Assembly (NCBI GenBank): GCA_016181175.1
Contig: JACOZV010000002.1
Span: 64,115 to 128,114, forward strand
Length of the DNA: 64,000 nt
Direction: 5' to 3'
Origin: Candidatus Yanofskybacteria bacterium
GTDB taxonomy: Bacteria; Patescibacteriota; Minisyncoccia; 2-02-FULL-40-12; IGHO2-01-FULL-4-A
A program made the position numbers and the translations under genes. The notes beneath the pieces are model-generated. The model saw nothing but the letters and a program-made list of their open reading frames with translations. It searched no databases and was not told where the DNA came from. Positions 45,564-55,549 of the stretch are shown piece by piece (within the stretch, counting starts at the first letter, position 1; every line of letters starts with the position of its first letter).

Positions 45564-47456
45564 ATGAGTGAAGAAAATATAACACAATTAACATCAGTAA
45601 AAACTCAAACCGATAAGCAAACGGGTACACAAAGGTCAGAATCTCAACGAGTGAGGCCTAGGCGCAGCAGAGCTCCACGATACAAGGATCGGAGGGACTT
45701 GCCGCGTTCCAGACGCCTTGCGCCTATTGAACGTCCACAACGTCAGGAAAGCGCTGGTTCACCGGATGAAACTGTCAAGATAATTCCCTTGGGCGGCCTT
45801 GGCGAGGTTGGCCGCAATATGTGCGTACTGGAATATAAAAATGACATCATGATAATAGATGTTGGTTTTGGTTTTCCGGAAGAAGATATGCCGGGTATTG
45901 ATTATACCTTACCGAATATTGCCTACTTGGACGGTAAGCAAGACAGGATAAAAGGAATAGTATTAACACACGGCCACATGGACCACATTGGCGGCTTGCC
46001 ATACCTGATTACACGGCTTGGTAATCCCACAATCTATGCGGCAAATCTTACGCGCGGACTAGCTATTAAGCGCCATCAGGAATTCCCTCACCTTCCAGAA
46101 CTGGACATAAACCTTGTCCACCCAGGAGAAATAATTCATTTGGGTGAATTTGAGGTTGAATTTTTTCATGTCAATCATAACATTCCCGACGATACGGCGC
46201 TCATCATCACTACACCAGCAGGTCGGATTGTCCACACTGCTGATTTTAAATTTGACCCCCAGCCACTCAATGAAGAACCGGCCGATTTGAATTTTATTAA
46301 AAGTATCGGTGACCGTGGGGTTTCAACTTTGATGATTGATTCAACCGGCGCTGAAAAAGACGGCAAATCAATTTCTGAAAGCATAATTCAGGAAAATTTA
46401 GAGAAAATTTTCATTGAATCAAGCGGCGGTGGTATGATTGTCGCCGCTACCTTTTCTTCAATCATTAATCGAATCCAGCAGTTGGTAACGTTATCGGAAA
46501 AATACGGCCGCAAAGTTATATTTGATGGTTTTAGTTTGAAAAGTAATGTTGAAATAGCCAAGGAATTTAATCAGATTAAGATTAAGAAAGAAACCCAGAT
46601 ACATATTTCGGAAATAGACAGATATCCGCGTTCCAAAATCACACTTGTTGGCACCGGCGCGCAAGGAGAAGACCGCGCTGTTTTGATGCGTATTGCTTCC
46701 GGCGAACATCGCTATGTTAGGTTGCAAAAAAAAGATGCGATTATATTTTCGTCATCTGTGATCCCTGGAAATGAAAGGACTGTGCAGCGGCTAAAGGACT
46801 TGCTTTATCGCATGGGCGCCAGGGTCTATGACTATAACATGATGGATATCCATGCCAGCGGACATGCTTACCGCGACGATTTGAGGCAGATGATGAGTCT
46901 AATAAGGCCCAAGACCCTGATGCCGATTCATGGTCAATATTCAATGATGGTTAATAACGGTTTTTTGGGACAAAAAGAAGGAATAAAAGAAGAAAACACA
47001 ATAATAGCTGACAACGGTTCCATAATTCATATTCTGGACCCCAAGTTTATTGATCGCAAGATACCAATTAACTGGTGGTTTGATAAAAAAACAGTTCCTT
47101 CAGACAGTATTATGGTAGACGGTCTTGGTATCGGGGACATCGGCAATGTCGTTTTGCGCGACAGACAGGTATTAGCAGAGGACGGAATGTTTGTGATCGT
47201 GGCCCTTATTGATTCTAAAACTGGCCGCGTCAGGGGCAGTCCCGACATTATTTCACGCGGATTTGTTTATCTAAAAGAAAACAAGGAACTTTTGATGCAG
47301 GTCCGCAAAAAGGTAAGATTTATCGTAGAACGTAAAACCATGCGCCCAATTAATTGGGTAGATCTTAAAGATTTAATAAGAGACGAGGTTGGGCTTTTCT
47401 TGTTCCAAAAAACCGAGAGACGGCCAATGGTTTTACCGGTGGTAATTGAAATTTAA
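45564..47456 (+). CDS. rnj: ribonuclease J with ~75-aa basic N-terminal extension
   Basis: KIIPLGGLGEVGRNMCVLEY...GIVLTHGHMDHIGGLPYL is the metallo-beta-lactamase/beta-CASP RNase J signature. The N-terminus is Arg/Pro/Ser/Gln-rich low complexity. Confidence 0.85.
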   Translation: MSEENITQLTSVKTQTDKQTGTQRSESQRVRPRRSRAPRYKDRRDLPRSRRLAPIERPQRQESAGSPDETVKIIPLGGLGEVGRNMCVLEYKNDIMIIDVGFGFPEEDMPGIDYTLPNIAYLDGKQDRIKGIVLTHGHMDHIGGLPYLITRLGNPTIYAANLTRGLAIKRHQEFPHLPELDINLVHPGEIIHLGEFEVEFFHVNHNIPDDTALIITTPAGRIVHTADFKFDPQPLNEEPADLNFIKSIGDRGVSTLMIDSTGAEKDGKSISESIIQENLEKIFIESSGGGMIVAATFSSIINRIQQLVTLSEKYGRKVIFDGFSLKSNVEIAKEFNQIKIKKETQIHISEIDRYPRSKITLVGTGAQGEDRAVLMRIASGEHRYVRLQKKDAIIFSSSVIPGNERTVQRLKDLLYRMGARVYDYNMMDIHASGHAYRDDLRQMMSLIRPKTLMPIHGQYSMMVNNGFLGQKEGIKEENTIIADNGSIIHILDPKFIDRKIPINWWFDKKTVPSDSIMVDGLGIGDIGNVVLRDRQVLAEDGMFVIVALIDSKTGRVRGSPDIISRGFVYLKENKELLMQVRKKVRFIVERKTMRPINWVDLKDLIRDEVGLFLFQKTERRPMVLPVVIEI

Positions 47457-47522
47457 AAAAACCGCTTGAAAAAGCGGTGTTTTTGGGACAGATATTCTCA
47501 AAATATGAAATAAAAGTTATAA

Positions 47523-47789
47523 TCAGTTTGATTGCGCTGAATCAGACTGTTCATTTAATTTACAACAATTATTTGAATCGGCATGTTCACCCCAGCCCTT
47601 ATGTATATCATGGAAACGTAAGCCATGTCTCATTCTCCAATGGAATTTATGTCCGTCCTCACATATTGAACACCTTCTGGGACACATGCAAGTTACAATA
47701 ATCGGCGAGTCGCAACCAGGAATTTCGCATTTAAAATACGGGTATTGAAATTGCTGGAATTGATCTGGTTGGCCAGTCTGTTGATCCAT
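47523..47789 (-). CDS. Cys/His-rich small protein (88 aa)
   Basis: CEIPGCDSPIIVTCMCPRRCSICEDGHKFHWRMRHGLRFHDIHKGWGEH. AGGA SD 9 nt upstream. It occupies an otherwise empty 390-bp intergenic gap. Confidence 0.35.
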   Translation of the reverse strand: MDQQTGQPDQFQQFQYPYFKCEIPGCDSPIIVTCMCPRRCSICEDGHKFHWRMRHGLRFHDIHKGWGEHADSNNCCKLNEQSDSAQSN

Positions 47790-47850
47790 CTAAATATCCT
47801 AAAATAACCTGAAAAAGATCCGACTCATAAACTACTACTAACTATATAAT

Positions 47851-48834
47851 ATGTCAAATAGAATCTTCTCCGGAATCCGTCCCTTAGGCAAACTACATCT
47901 GGGCAATTATCTTGGGGCAATAAAAAATTGGCTGGAACTACAAAATTCACCTGAAACCGAGCGAGCAATTTTTGCAGTAGTAGACTACCATGGCATTACT
48001 ACCCCGTTTGACCCGAAAACTTATCATCAACAAACAATGGATGCTGTTTTGGATTTTCTTGCCGCGGGTCTAGACCCCGATAAATCACTACTCGTCCTTC
48101 AGTCGCACATTCCGCAGCATACTGAACTTGCTTGGATTTTTAATACAATTACTCCCATCGGCTGGCTGGAACGTTTGCCGACATACAAAGAAAAACTGGC
48201 AGAAACTGATAGTAAATATAATCATTTGGGACTTCTTGCATATCCGGTACTGATGGCCGCGGATATTTTAGTTTATAAATCAAATCTTGTGCCGATTGGA
48301 GATGATCAAAAAGCCCACATAGACATAACAAATGAAATAGCAAAAAAGTTTAATCATATGTTTGGTGAAACTTTTGAACCGGTTAAATCACACAAAGCTG
48401 AGGGCGAGCGTATTAAATCGCTTCAAGACCCAACCAAAAAGATGTCTAAATCAGGTGACGAAGGCATTGCTCTAAATGATTCAGCAGACACAATTCATGA
48501 AAAAATAAAAAAAGCCGTAACCGATTCCGGCCACGAGGTTATTTTTGACCCGAGTAAAAAACCGGCAATTTCTAATTTAATTACTGTTTACCATTTGCTA
48601 TCTCAAAACAGTATTAGTGAGATTGAGAAAAAGTACGGAGACAAAACCTATGCCGAATTTAAAAATGACCTTGCCGAAGTTGTAGTAAATTTCCTTAAGC
48701 CGTTTCAACAGAAACGCAAAGAGCTAGAAAATAATTCGGCTTATGTTGAGAGGATCTTGCAAGAATCTGAAGAACGTGCTAAAATAATAGCATCTAGCAC
48801 TTTGGCAGAAGTCAAAGAAAGGATGGGACTCTAA
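47851..48834 (+). CDS. trpS: tryptophan--tRNA ligase
   Basis: SGIRPLGKLHLGNYLG (HIGH-type) and KMSKS motifs. 327 aa. Confidence 0.9.
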   Translation: MSNRIFSGIRPLGKLHLGNYLGAIKNWLELQNSPETERAIFAVVDYHGITTPFDPKTYHQQTMDAVLDFLAAGLDPDKSLLVLQSHIPQHTELAWIFNTITPIGWLERLPTYKEKLAETDSKYNHLGLLAYPVLMAADILVYKSNLVPIGDDQKAHIDITNEIAKKFNHMFGETFEPVKSHKAEGERIKSLQDPTKKMSKSGDEGIALNDSADTIHEKIKKAVTDSGHEVIFDPSKKPAISNLITVYHLLSQNSISEIEKKYGDKTYAEFKNDLAEVVVNFLKPFQQKRKELENNSAYVERILQESEERAKIIASSTLAEVKERMGL

Positions 48835-48836
48835 AC

Positions 48837-48950
48837 ATGGAAACGGTGTTGTTGGTTTTATTTATTTGGTTTTTCTTATCAATTCCAACCGCTTTAATTT
48901 GCGGCAAATTATTAGCCAAAACCCACAAACATTATCCGTTGGCGGACTAG
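48837..48950 (+). CDS. hydrophobic micropeptide (37 aa) immediately after trpS
   Basis: Hand translation METVLLVLFIWFFLSIPTALICGKLLAKTHKHYPLAD*. The ATG lies 2 nt after the trpS stop. Confidence 0.25.
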   Translation: METVLLVLFIWFFLSIPTALICGKLLAKTHKHYPLAD

Positions 48951-49753
48951 AACATTTTGAGAAGGTTTTTAATTAAAGTTTTTGTATCTTGTGGTCCCTT
49001 AACCTTGAAACAATCAACGCCAGTACGGGAAGCGGCATAATCATTCCCGCCAGGGAAAAGAGCATCGCCCACAAACAACATCTCGCCAAATTCAATTCCG
49101 AGATGTTTTTTTATTTGCTTAATACCGTATTCCTTGTCAATTCCCTTGCGTGTTACGTCAATTGAGGTATATCCCGCCGCCCTTACTTCAAAATCCGGCA
49201 GATAACTCTGTAGCATTTCGGCTATTTTAAGTTTTAGTTCGCCCTGTTCCTCTTTCCACTCTTTTTTAATGTCTAATGGGGCATTTTGACCAAGAGCTGA
49301 AAAAGTTATTTCGGATCCTCTGTCTTCCACAACTTTCTGGTACACATCTTCGGGGTGGTAGTTAAGTTCAGCAAATACTTTATCAAAAGCGTCAAATATT
49401 TTTTTCTTTTCTTCTTCGGAAAAACTCAACACATAAACTTGTCGCCAATCACCGGTATCATATTTATAAAAAGAGGTAGCGGTAGTAGGGAATAAAAAAA
49501 GATTTATCAATTTATCGCCTGTGATATTTAGTTTTGACAGAAGCTGTTTTTGAAACATCTCGTACTTGCCTCCTCCAATTATTGCCACCAATTTTTTATC
49601 AAGCAATTTTTCAAGCAATTCCGCCATTTCTGAATCCATGTCCGACTTACTTTCCGTAAGGGTTCCGTCCAAATCAAAAATAACCAGTTTCACTTTTTTG
49701 TACTTTTCGTTTATTCTTTGGAGGGACATGCTATTTAGAAAATTCAAACACAT
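48947..49753 (-). CDS. HAD-superfamily hydrolase (phosphomannomutase-like HAD-IIB)
   Basis: VKLVIFDLDGTLTE (DxDGT motif I) and FVGDALFPGGNDYAA (motif IV). The start may be M9 (49729). Confidence 0.65.
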   Translation of the reverse strand: MCLNFLNSMSLQRINEKYKKVKLVIFDLDGTLTESKSDMDSEMAELLEKLLDKKLVAIIGGGKYEMFQKQLLSKLNITGDKLINLFLFPTTATSFYKYDTGDWRQVYVLSFSEEEKKKIFDAFDKVFAELNYHPEDVYQKVVEDRGSEITFSALGQNAPLDIKKEWKEEQGELKLKIAEMLQSYLPDFEVRAAGYTSIDVTRKGIDKEYGIKQIKKHLGIEFGEMLFVGDALFPGGNDYAASRTGVDCFKVKGPQDTKTLIKNLLKMF

Positions 49754-51080
49754 CTATATGATTGGCATAAAGGGCACGGGAATGTCTGCCTTGGCTGTAA
49801 ACTTCAAGCATATGGGTATCGAGGTTATCGGCTCTGATTGTGCCGAATCTTTTTTTACGGATAAATTGCTAAAACGCCAAAAAATAAAATTTTTATCACC
49901 TTTTTCTGCAAACAATATCCCAGACAATACTGATTTGGTCGTCGTCTCTACGGCATATAATAACAAAAATGTTGAAGTTAAAGAAGCGGAAAAGCGCAAG
50001 TTACCCATACTTATCTACCCTCAAGCAATCGGTCTTTTAACAAAACAATTGCCGTCGGTTGCCGTTTGTGGAAGCCACGGCAAAACAACGACTTCCGGAA
50101 CTTTGGGCTTCCTACTTAGCAAAACAGCCTATAGGCCAATTATAAATGTGGGTTCAATTGTGCCCCAATTGCTTAAATATAAAGCGTGCAGACCGAAGCT
50201 CCTGATTTTTGAAGCCGATGAGTATCAAAATAAGTTTGAATATTTTTATCCTCAAACCGTAATTCTTACAAATATTGATTACGACCATCCAGATTATTTC
50301 AAAACCCCGGCACATTACAAGTTGGCATTTAAAAATTTTATCAAAAGAATCCCCCGCACTGGCCTACTGATTTACTGCGCGGATGACAAAAATTGTCGTG
50401 ATGTCGCCCGCCTTGCCAAATGCAAAAAAATAAGCTACGGCTTCTCAGATCAGGCAGATTTTAAAATAAAAGTACTGGAAATATTATCCAACAGAATGGG
50501 GTTTGCGGTTAATGGCATCGGCCGGTTTGATTCTCAATTGATCGGCAACCACAACAGTTTGAATCTGACAGCGGCAATTGTCTGTGCCACTCATTTGGGT
50601 ATTAATAATAAAACAATAAAAAATGCCATTACAAATTTCACTGGCACAAAAAGACGGCTTGAGATTGTTAAAAAAATTAACATTAACGGGAATGCCTGCG
50701 TCGTGATTGATGATTACGGCCACCATCCAACTGAAATTAAAGCCACAATCGCCACGATTAAAACCGCCTACCCCGATAAAACTCTTTGGACTGTCTTTCA
50801 GCCACACACATTTTCAAGAACCGAAGCCTTGTTTGATAACTTTTCCAAGTGTTTTACCAAGTCCGACAAAACCGTCATACTTGATATATATGCATCCAAA
50901 CGTGAAACTGAAGGCAAAGTTAATTCACGAGACTTAGTTAAAAAAATAAATTCGTTGAATGTTGTTTATAAGCCAGATATTGTCACGGCTGTAAAATTCC
51001 TTAAAACCAAAATAAAAAACCCAAGCATTATCCTTACTCTCGGAGCAAGCAATGTTTGGGAATTAAGCAGTCTTTTATAA
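49728..51080 (+). CDS. murC: UDP-N-acetylmuramate--L-alanine ligase
   Basis: HIYMIGIKGTGMSALA (MurC N-terminal GxGxxG) and VAVCGSHGKTTTSGTLG (P-loop). Start chosen at MLFRKFKH. The longer ORF-track N-terminus overlaps the divergent HAD gene and is unlikely to be real. Confidence 0.85.
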   Translation: MLFRKFKHIYMIGIKGTGMSALAVNFKHMGIEVIGSDCAESFFTDKLLKRQKIKFLSPFSANNIPDNTDLVVVSTAYNNKNVEVKEAEKRKLPILIYPQAIGLLTKQLPSVAVCGSHGKTTTSGTLGFLLSKTAYRPIINVGSIVPQLLKYKACRPKLLIFEADEYQNKFEYFYPQTVILTNIDYDHPDYFKTPAHYKLAFKNFIKRIPRTGLLIYCADDKNCRDVARLAKCKKISYGFSDQADFKIKVLEILSNRMGFAVNGIGRFDSQLIGNHNSLNLTAAIVCATHLGINNKTIKNAITNFTGTKRRLEIVKKININGNACVVIDDYGHHPTEIKATIATIKTAYPDKTLWTVFQPHTFSRTEALFDNFSKCFTKSDKTVILDIYASKRETEGKVNSRDLVKKINSLNVVYKPDIVTAVKFLKTKIKNPSIILTLGASNVWELSSLL

Positions 51081-51082
51081 AT

Positions 51083-52180
51083 ATGCTATCTATTGGAATA
51101 GTCGGCCTTCCAAACGTGGGCAAAAGCACACTCTTTAAGGCGCTGACTAAAAAACAGGTTGACATACATAACTACCCTTTTACCACAATTGATCCAAACG
51201 TGGGTGTGGTTGGCGTACCCGATGAACGACTTGAATTATTGGCTAAAATGTCCCATTCAGCAAAAATCGTGCCGACAGCAATTGAGTTCATAGATATCGC
51301 CGGACTTGTAAAAGGCGCAGCTGCCGGAGAAGGCTTAGGCAACAAGTTCCTTGCCAATATACGCGAAGTAGACGCCATTGCCGAAGTGGTAAGGGTTTTT
51401 GAAGATGAAAAAATAACCCATGTTCACAAAAAAATAGATCCGACTAACGATATAGAAATTATAAATACCGAACTAATGCTTGCCGACTTGGAAACGGTCA
51501 ATAAGCGTCTGGACAAAACAAAAACAAACGCCCCTGAAACGGTTATTGAAACATCGGCTTTGCGAAAATTAAAATTAGGCCTGGAATCGGGAATATTGGC
51601 AGTAAATATCACGCTTGAAGATAAAGAAAAAGAAACAGCCCGCGAGCTAACTCTGCTGACAAACAAAAAATTTATTTATGTGCTTAATGCTTCTGAAAAA
51701 CAACTGAAGAACGGGTGGCAACCATCCTTCGTTAAAACTTCGGAGGGCAAGCCCGACGAAAAACTCAAAAAAGTAATAGGCGATAACGATTACGTGGTAT
51801 TGACCAGCACTTTTGAGTTATTGCTTTCAGAATCCGCACCTGAAGAACAAAAAATATTTTTAGAAGAAGTTGGGCTAAAAGAAAGCCGCCTGGATGAGTT
51901 GATTAAAAATGCCTACCACACTCTTGGATTAATTACTTTTTTAACAACCGGCGAAGATGAGACACGTGCCTGGACTTGCCAAGCCGGCACCGCGATACCA
52001 CAGGCGGCACGGGCAATCCATACCGACTTTGAGCAATTATTTATCCGAGCCGATGTAATAAACTGGCAAAATTTGCTTGCCGCAGGTTCATGGAGTAACG
52101 CACGCCAAACCGGTAAAATTCATACTGTCGGCAGGGATTACATTATTCAAGATGGCGATGTCGTAGAGATAAAAATCTGA
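51083..52180 (+). CDS. ychF: ribosome-binding ATPase YchF
   Basis: [19 protein letters not shown]...[13 protein letters not shown] and a C-terminal TGS region. Start taken at MLSIG, after the murC stop. Confidence 0.9.
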   Translation: MLSIGIVGLPNVGKSTLFKALTKKQVDIHNYPFTTIDPNVGVVGVPDERLELLAKMSHSAKIVPTAIEFIDIAGLVKGAAAGEGLGNKFLANIREVDAIAEVVRVFEDEKITHVHKKIDPTNDIEIINTELMLADLETVNKRLDKTKTNAPETVIETSALRKLKLGLESGILAVNITLEDKEKETARELTLLTNKKFIYVLNASEKQLKNGWQPSFVKTSEGKPDEKLKKVIGDNDYVVLTSTFELLLSESAPEEQKIFLEEVGLKESRLDELIKNAYHTLGLITFLTTGEDETRAWTCQAGTAIPQAARAIHTDFEQLFIRADVINWQNLLAAGSWSNARQTGKIHTVGRDYIIQDGDVVEIKI

Positions 52181-52211
52181 AACAATACCAAACTTTACGA
52201 ACCCCTCATCA

Positions 52212-52270
52212 AAATCATCCCCCGCTAGGGGGATTTTAATTAATAAAAAAGCCGATTATTTCGGCTAGAT
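52212..52270. terminator. two back-to-back terminator hairpins (convergent genes)
   Basis: atcccccgctagggggatttt follows ychF. aaaaagccgattatttcggct, read on the other strand, follows the DUF218 gene. Confidence 0.65.
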
Positions 52271-52843
52271 ACTATTGGAACGATGGATGCGGTAACGATG
52301 TTCGCGCTCTGCCAGACCAAGAAATGGAAATTTGAGAGCTAGTTTATTATAAATTAAATTACGTGCTTGTTTAAATGTATCAGCACGTTCCCAGTTGGCC
52401 GTTTCTACAGTTATATCATCAATGCTATCTACAAAACTCATCAAGAAATATCGAGCCAGCATTATGACATTCGCTGCTCGAGTTGCCTCACAAAAAATCG
52501 TAATCCTAATAGTGTCTGGGAAGCCATGAAAATCCATATGCTCTGATGCTTTTTGAATATTTTTAAAAGTAGTGTAGGAATTTGTTTCGAGCATTACTAC
52601 TTCTAAACCGATTTTACTTTTAACATAATCGTGCATTAAATCAGCTTCAGAAACATTAGGAGAAGTTTTCTTTTGAGTATAACCACCACAGAAAACTATG
52701 GCATAAGGTTTATTTTTTTGAATAAATCTTACAATACGATCAAGATATGATCTTAATGGAGTATCTAAATGACAACCATAACCACAAATGACAACAACAT
52801 GCTTCTTTCCGGTCATTCTGGGCCTCCAATTGTGAAAAAACAC
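52265..52843 (-). CDS. DUF218 (YdcF/SanA-like) domain protein
   Basis: KHVVVICGYGCHLD...YAIVFCGGYT has the DUF218 layout. The start is likely M10 (52816). Confidence 0.6.
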   Translation of the reverse strand: MFFHNWRPRMTGKKHVVVICGYGCHLDTPLRSYLDRIVRFIQKNKPYAIVFCGGYTQKKTSPNVSEADLMHDYVKSKIGLEVVMLETNSYTTFKNIQKASEHMDFHGFPDTIRITIFCEATRAANVIMLARYFLMSFVDSIDDITVETANWERADTFKQARNLIYNKLALKFPFLGLAEREHRYRIHRSNSI

Positions 52844-53183
52844 TAACTAAATCATTATACGGTAATCTCCTAGATTTGTAAATAGCCATGCCATCAAATT
52901 TTTTATTTTTTGTTCCTGGAAATATAAGCGAGCTATAGTGCCTTTTGTAAATCAGCCAAGCGAAACCCCTGTCTAAGAAATCATTCATGGCAGGCTTTGG
53001 TAACAAATAAGGCGAGCGAGCAGCGGAAAGCCGAGACCGCAAACCCGTAAGCCCGGCCCTAAAGCGGGGTTAGTTTGCGCTTGCGCAAACTAAGGTTGAG
53101 GAAAGCTCGGAAGGATTCCGCGTTGCGAGCGAGTTATATTTGTCAAAGCCGAATGTTGATTTCGTGATAGGGGTTGAGCGGGA

Positions 53184-54044
53184 TTAGATTTTTCCCACGG
53201 ACCCGAAGAGTTCCAGATATTTTTTAATCATTCTCTTCATCTCTTCATAAGATGGCTTGAGGTATTTATAGGGCGTGGTTTGGGTGGGTTCTTTTTCAAG
53301 TTCTTCATGCAGGGTGTCACGATAAGCTACGCGAAGTTCAGTGTTAATATGAACATTGGCGATGCCATTTTGTATCGCCATTTTTATTTCTTCAACAGGT
53401 AAACCAGAGGCGCCATGCAATACCAGCGGTACTTCTGGAACGACTTGAGTAATTTTTTTAAGATGTTCTATGTCCAAATGCTCTTCCTGCTCTGTAACAA
53501 TGCCGTGAATATTGCCAAAAACTACGGCTAGACGATCAACTCCAGTAAGTGTAACAAAATCCTGCGCTTGTTCGGGTTGTGTATAATCGAAAGGACTTAT
53601 TTCAATCGCGGTTTGTACTTCAGAGCTTCCCCGCAGATAGCCAAGCTCGCCCTCCACCGCAATTTCGGAATTGATTGATTTGGCGTATTCTTTAACTTTT
53701 TTAGTAAGCTCTATGTTTTCTTCAAGTTTCAGCTTGGATGCATCTATTAATACCGTATCGTAACCACTGTCAATGGCGGCTTTGGCAGTTTCCCAGCTTT
53801 TATGATGGTCAGAGTTCAAAAAAACCGCGTGGCCTTCTTTCTGATACGATTCCACTAAAGCCACAGCCTGTTCTCGTCCAATAAAATCAGCTTCGCCCTC
53901 TGAAGTTCCGACCATAATCGGTGATTTCATTTCCGTCGCTGCCTCAACAAACGCCTTAAGCTGATCCGCCGTGGAAAAATTAAAATGCCCCAGCGCCCAC
54001 TGGTCTGCCATTGCTTCTTGAAAATATTGTTTTAGAGTCTTCAT
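53184..54044 (-). CDS. fba: class II fructose-bisphosphate aldolase
   Basis: ALGHFNF...DHHKSWE...GELGYLRGSSE is the class II aldolase signature. 286 aa. Confidence 0.85.
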   Translation of the reverse strand: MKTLKQYFQEAMADQWALGHFNFSTADQLKAFVEAATEMKSPIMVGTSEGEADFIGREQAVALVESYQKEGHAVFLNSDHHKSWETAKAAIDSGYDTVLIDASKLKLEENIELTKKVKEYAKSINSEIAVEGELGYLRGSSEVQTAIEISPFDYTQPEQAQDFVTLTGVDRLAVVFGNIHGIVTEQEEHLDIEHLKKITQVVPEVPLVLHGASGLPVEEIKMAIQNGIANVHINTELRVAYRDTLHEELEKEPTQTTPYKYLKPSYEEMKRMIKKYLELFGSVGKI

Positions 54045-54097
54045 GTATTTTATATTGCTTACTCCTCAGGGCAAGTCCTTTGTTTTTCGTCATTCAT

Positions 54098-54210
54098 CCC
54101 GTTAGAAGTCGCTGCTATGCAGCTTTGCACACAAATTACAATTTACACAACAAAACTTTAAATTATTTGCTAGCTACGACCGCGAACCCGTCAGGGCGAC
54201 TTCTAACGGG
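54098..54210. mobile_element. MITE-like element, copy 5 (113 bp; same subfamily as copy 1)
   Basis: Perfect 15-bp TIR cccgttagaagtcgc (54098-54112) / gcgacttctaacggg (54196-54210). Interior ~70% identical to copy 1. TTCAT immediately to the left. It encodes the last 12 codons of the upstream 428-aa ORF. Confidence 0.75.
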
Positions 54211-55460
54211 ATAAATCCTTCTATTATATTTTTTTCTACCAACTCCTCAATCTTATCACGTCCTAGATATTCAATGAAAATTTTATTCCATAAAGCCTCC
54301 TGCTGGTGATAAAGATATTTTATCTCGCCTTTTTTGACCAATGACATCACCAAATCTATCAAGTCAAAACTTATCAATTCCTCATCTGTTTTACCACTAA
54401 TACCATCAGAAAAAAAGTCACCAACAAAATCTAATCCCTGCCAATAGCCAAATGCTTTGCCCCCAGCACCAAGAAATGTGCCAATTTTACCCAAATCTCC
54501 TTCGGCTTTATACCAATGTTCCGCTTCAGGGTTAAAATGCGGCTCCAAAAGACGAAAGTCATTTGGGTCATCTTTTGCCAGATATCTTTGCACTATTCGC
54601 AAACTATTTTCGTTCGGTAATGGCGCCTCACTTACATCACCGCGCAAAAGCGATTTTAATTTAATGGTAAAATCGGCCTCGCTGGAAAATTTCCTGAATA
54701 ATTTAGAATAAAATGGCACTTCGTTTAAATAGTGAAGAATAAGAGTGAAAAGTCTTAAGGTTTCACCGGGAGTATCAATTTTGAGTGGTATTACAAAAAT
54801 AATCCCCAATTCTTTGAGATGGCTAACGTTGTGATATTTTTTCTCCAGAAATTTTTCGGCAACATCTAACCATTGCGGCTCAAGGACCCTCAATTCCACT
54901 TCACGTTCTTCAAAATCACCGGCAGTTAATTCATTATATGCTTCATCAAAAAACTTATGCATCCAAGCCTCATCTTGAGCAAAACGGAGCGCGCTAAAAA
55001 CCTGCTCAAAACCCTGTTTCTTAACTAATTCAGCAACAGTCCCATAACCAAAATGGTTAAGAAGATTTTGCGGCGTAAACTTTTCGAGCATCTGGATTGC
55101 TTTTTCTTTTTTAATGAAGAACCCGGGTTTCGGCTTGTTGAGAGCAAAAGCTGTTTCGCAAATTTTTGCACAAACCAACGCGGTTTTTGAAAGATCTGGT
55201 TTACCCAAAAAATTATACAAGTGTTCATCCATGTGGGTTAGCCGTTTGATAAGAATATTATAAACATCCCCAGTACTGCATGAACCCAACGATAATCCCA
55301 ATTCTTCCAATGTTCTCCTGGTTAAAATCGTATTTTCCTCGGCTATTCGTTCCATAACACCACTTTTACCAGTCAGTTTATTCATCTTTTGCTCCAAATC
55401 TAAAAGCACCTCCGGTGGGGTACGTAATATGCGAGCAAGTTTTGTATGGACTTCTGACAT
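54174..55460 (-). CDS. hypothetical protein (428 aa)
   Basis: Long ORF with no recognisable motif. The C-terminal ...PLEVALTGSRS* is translated from MITE copy 5. Confidence 0.55.
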   Translation of the reverse strand: MSEVHTKLARILRTPPEVLLDLEQKMNKLTGKSGVMERIAEENTILTRRTLEELGLSLGSCSTGDVYNILIKRLTHMDEHLYNFLGKPDLSKTALVCAKICETAFALNKPKPGFFIKKEKAIQMLEKFTPQNLLNHFGYGTVAELVKKQGFEQVFSALRFAQDEAWMHKFFDEAYNELTAGDFEEREVELRVLEPQWLDVAEKFLEKKYHNVSHLKELGIIFVIPLKIDTPGETLRLFTLILHYLNEVPFYSKLFRKFSSEADFTIKLKSLLRGDVSEAPLPNENSLRIVQRYLAKDDPNDFRLLEPHFNPEAEHWYKAEGDLGKIGTFLGAGGKAFGYWQGLDFVGDFFSDGISGKTDEELISFDLIDLVMSLVKKGEIKYLYHQQEALWNKIFIEYLGRDKIEELVEKNIIEGFIPLEVALTGSRS

Positions 55461-55513
55461 GTGTTAATAATTCTTATTTTTCAACGTTTTTTTAGCATTT
55501 TTACTTTTAAAAC

Positions 55514-55543
55514 TTGACAAACACAAGGCAACTTTGCTATACT
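55514..55543 (+). promoter_or_regulatory. near-consensus sigma-70 promoter (TTGACA-18-TATACT)
   Basis: The -35 TTGACA is at 55514-19 and the -10 TATACT at 55538-43. The promoter points away from the 54174-55460 gene start into a non-coding GC-enriched segment. Confidence 0.6.
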
Positions 55544-55549
55544 TAAGGT

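Noticed and set aside
52740-53042. 100-aa minus-strand ORF
   Set aside because: Overlaps the DUF218 gene N-terminus by about 100 nt in another frame and runs through palindromic non-coding sequence.
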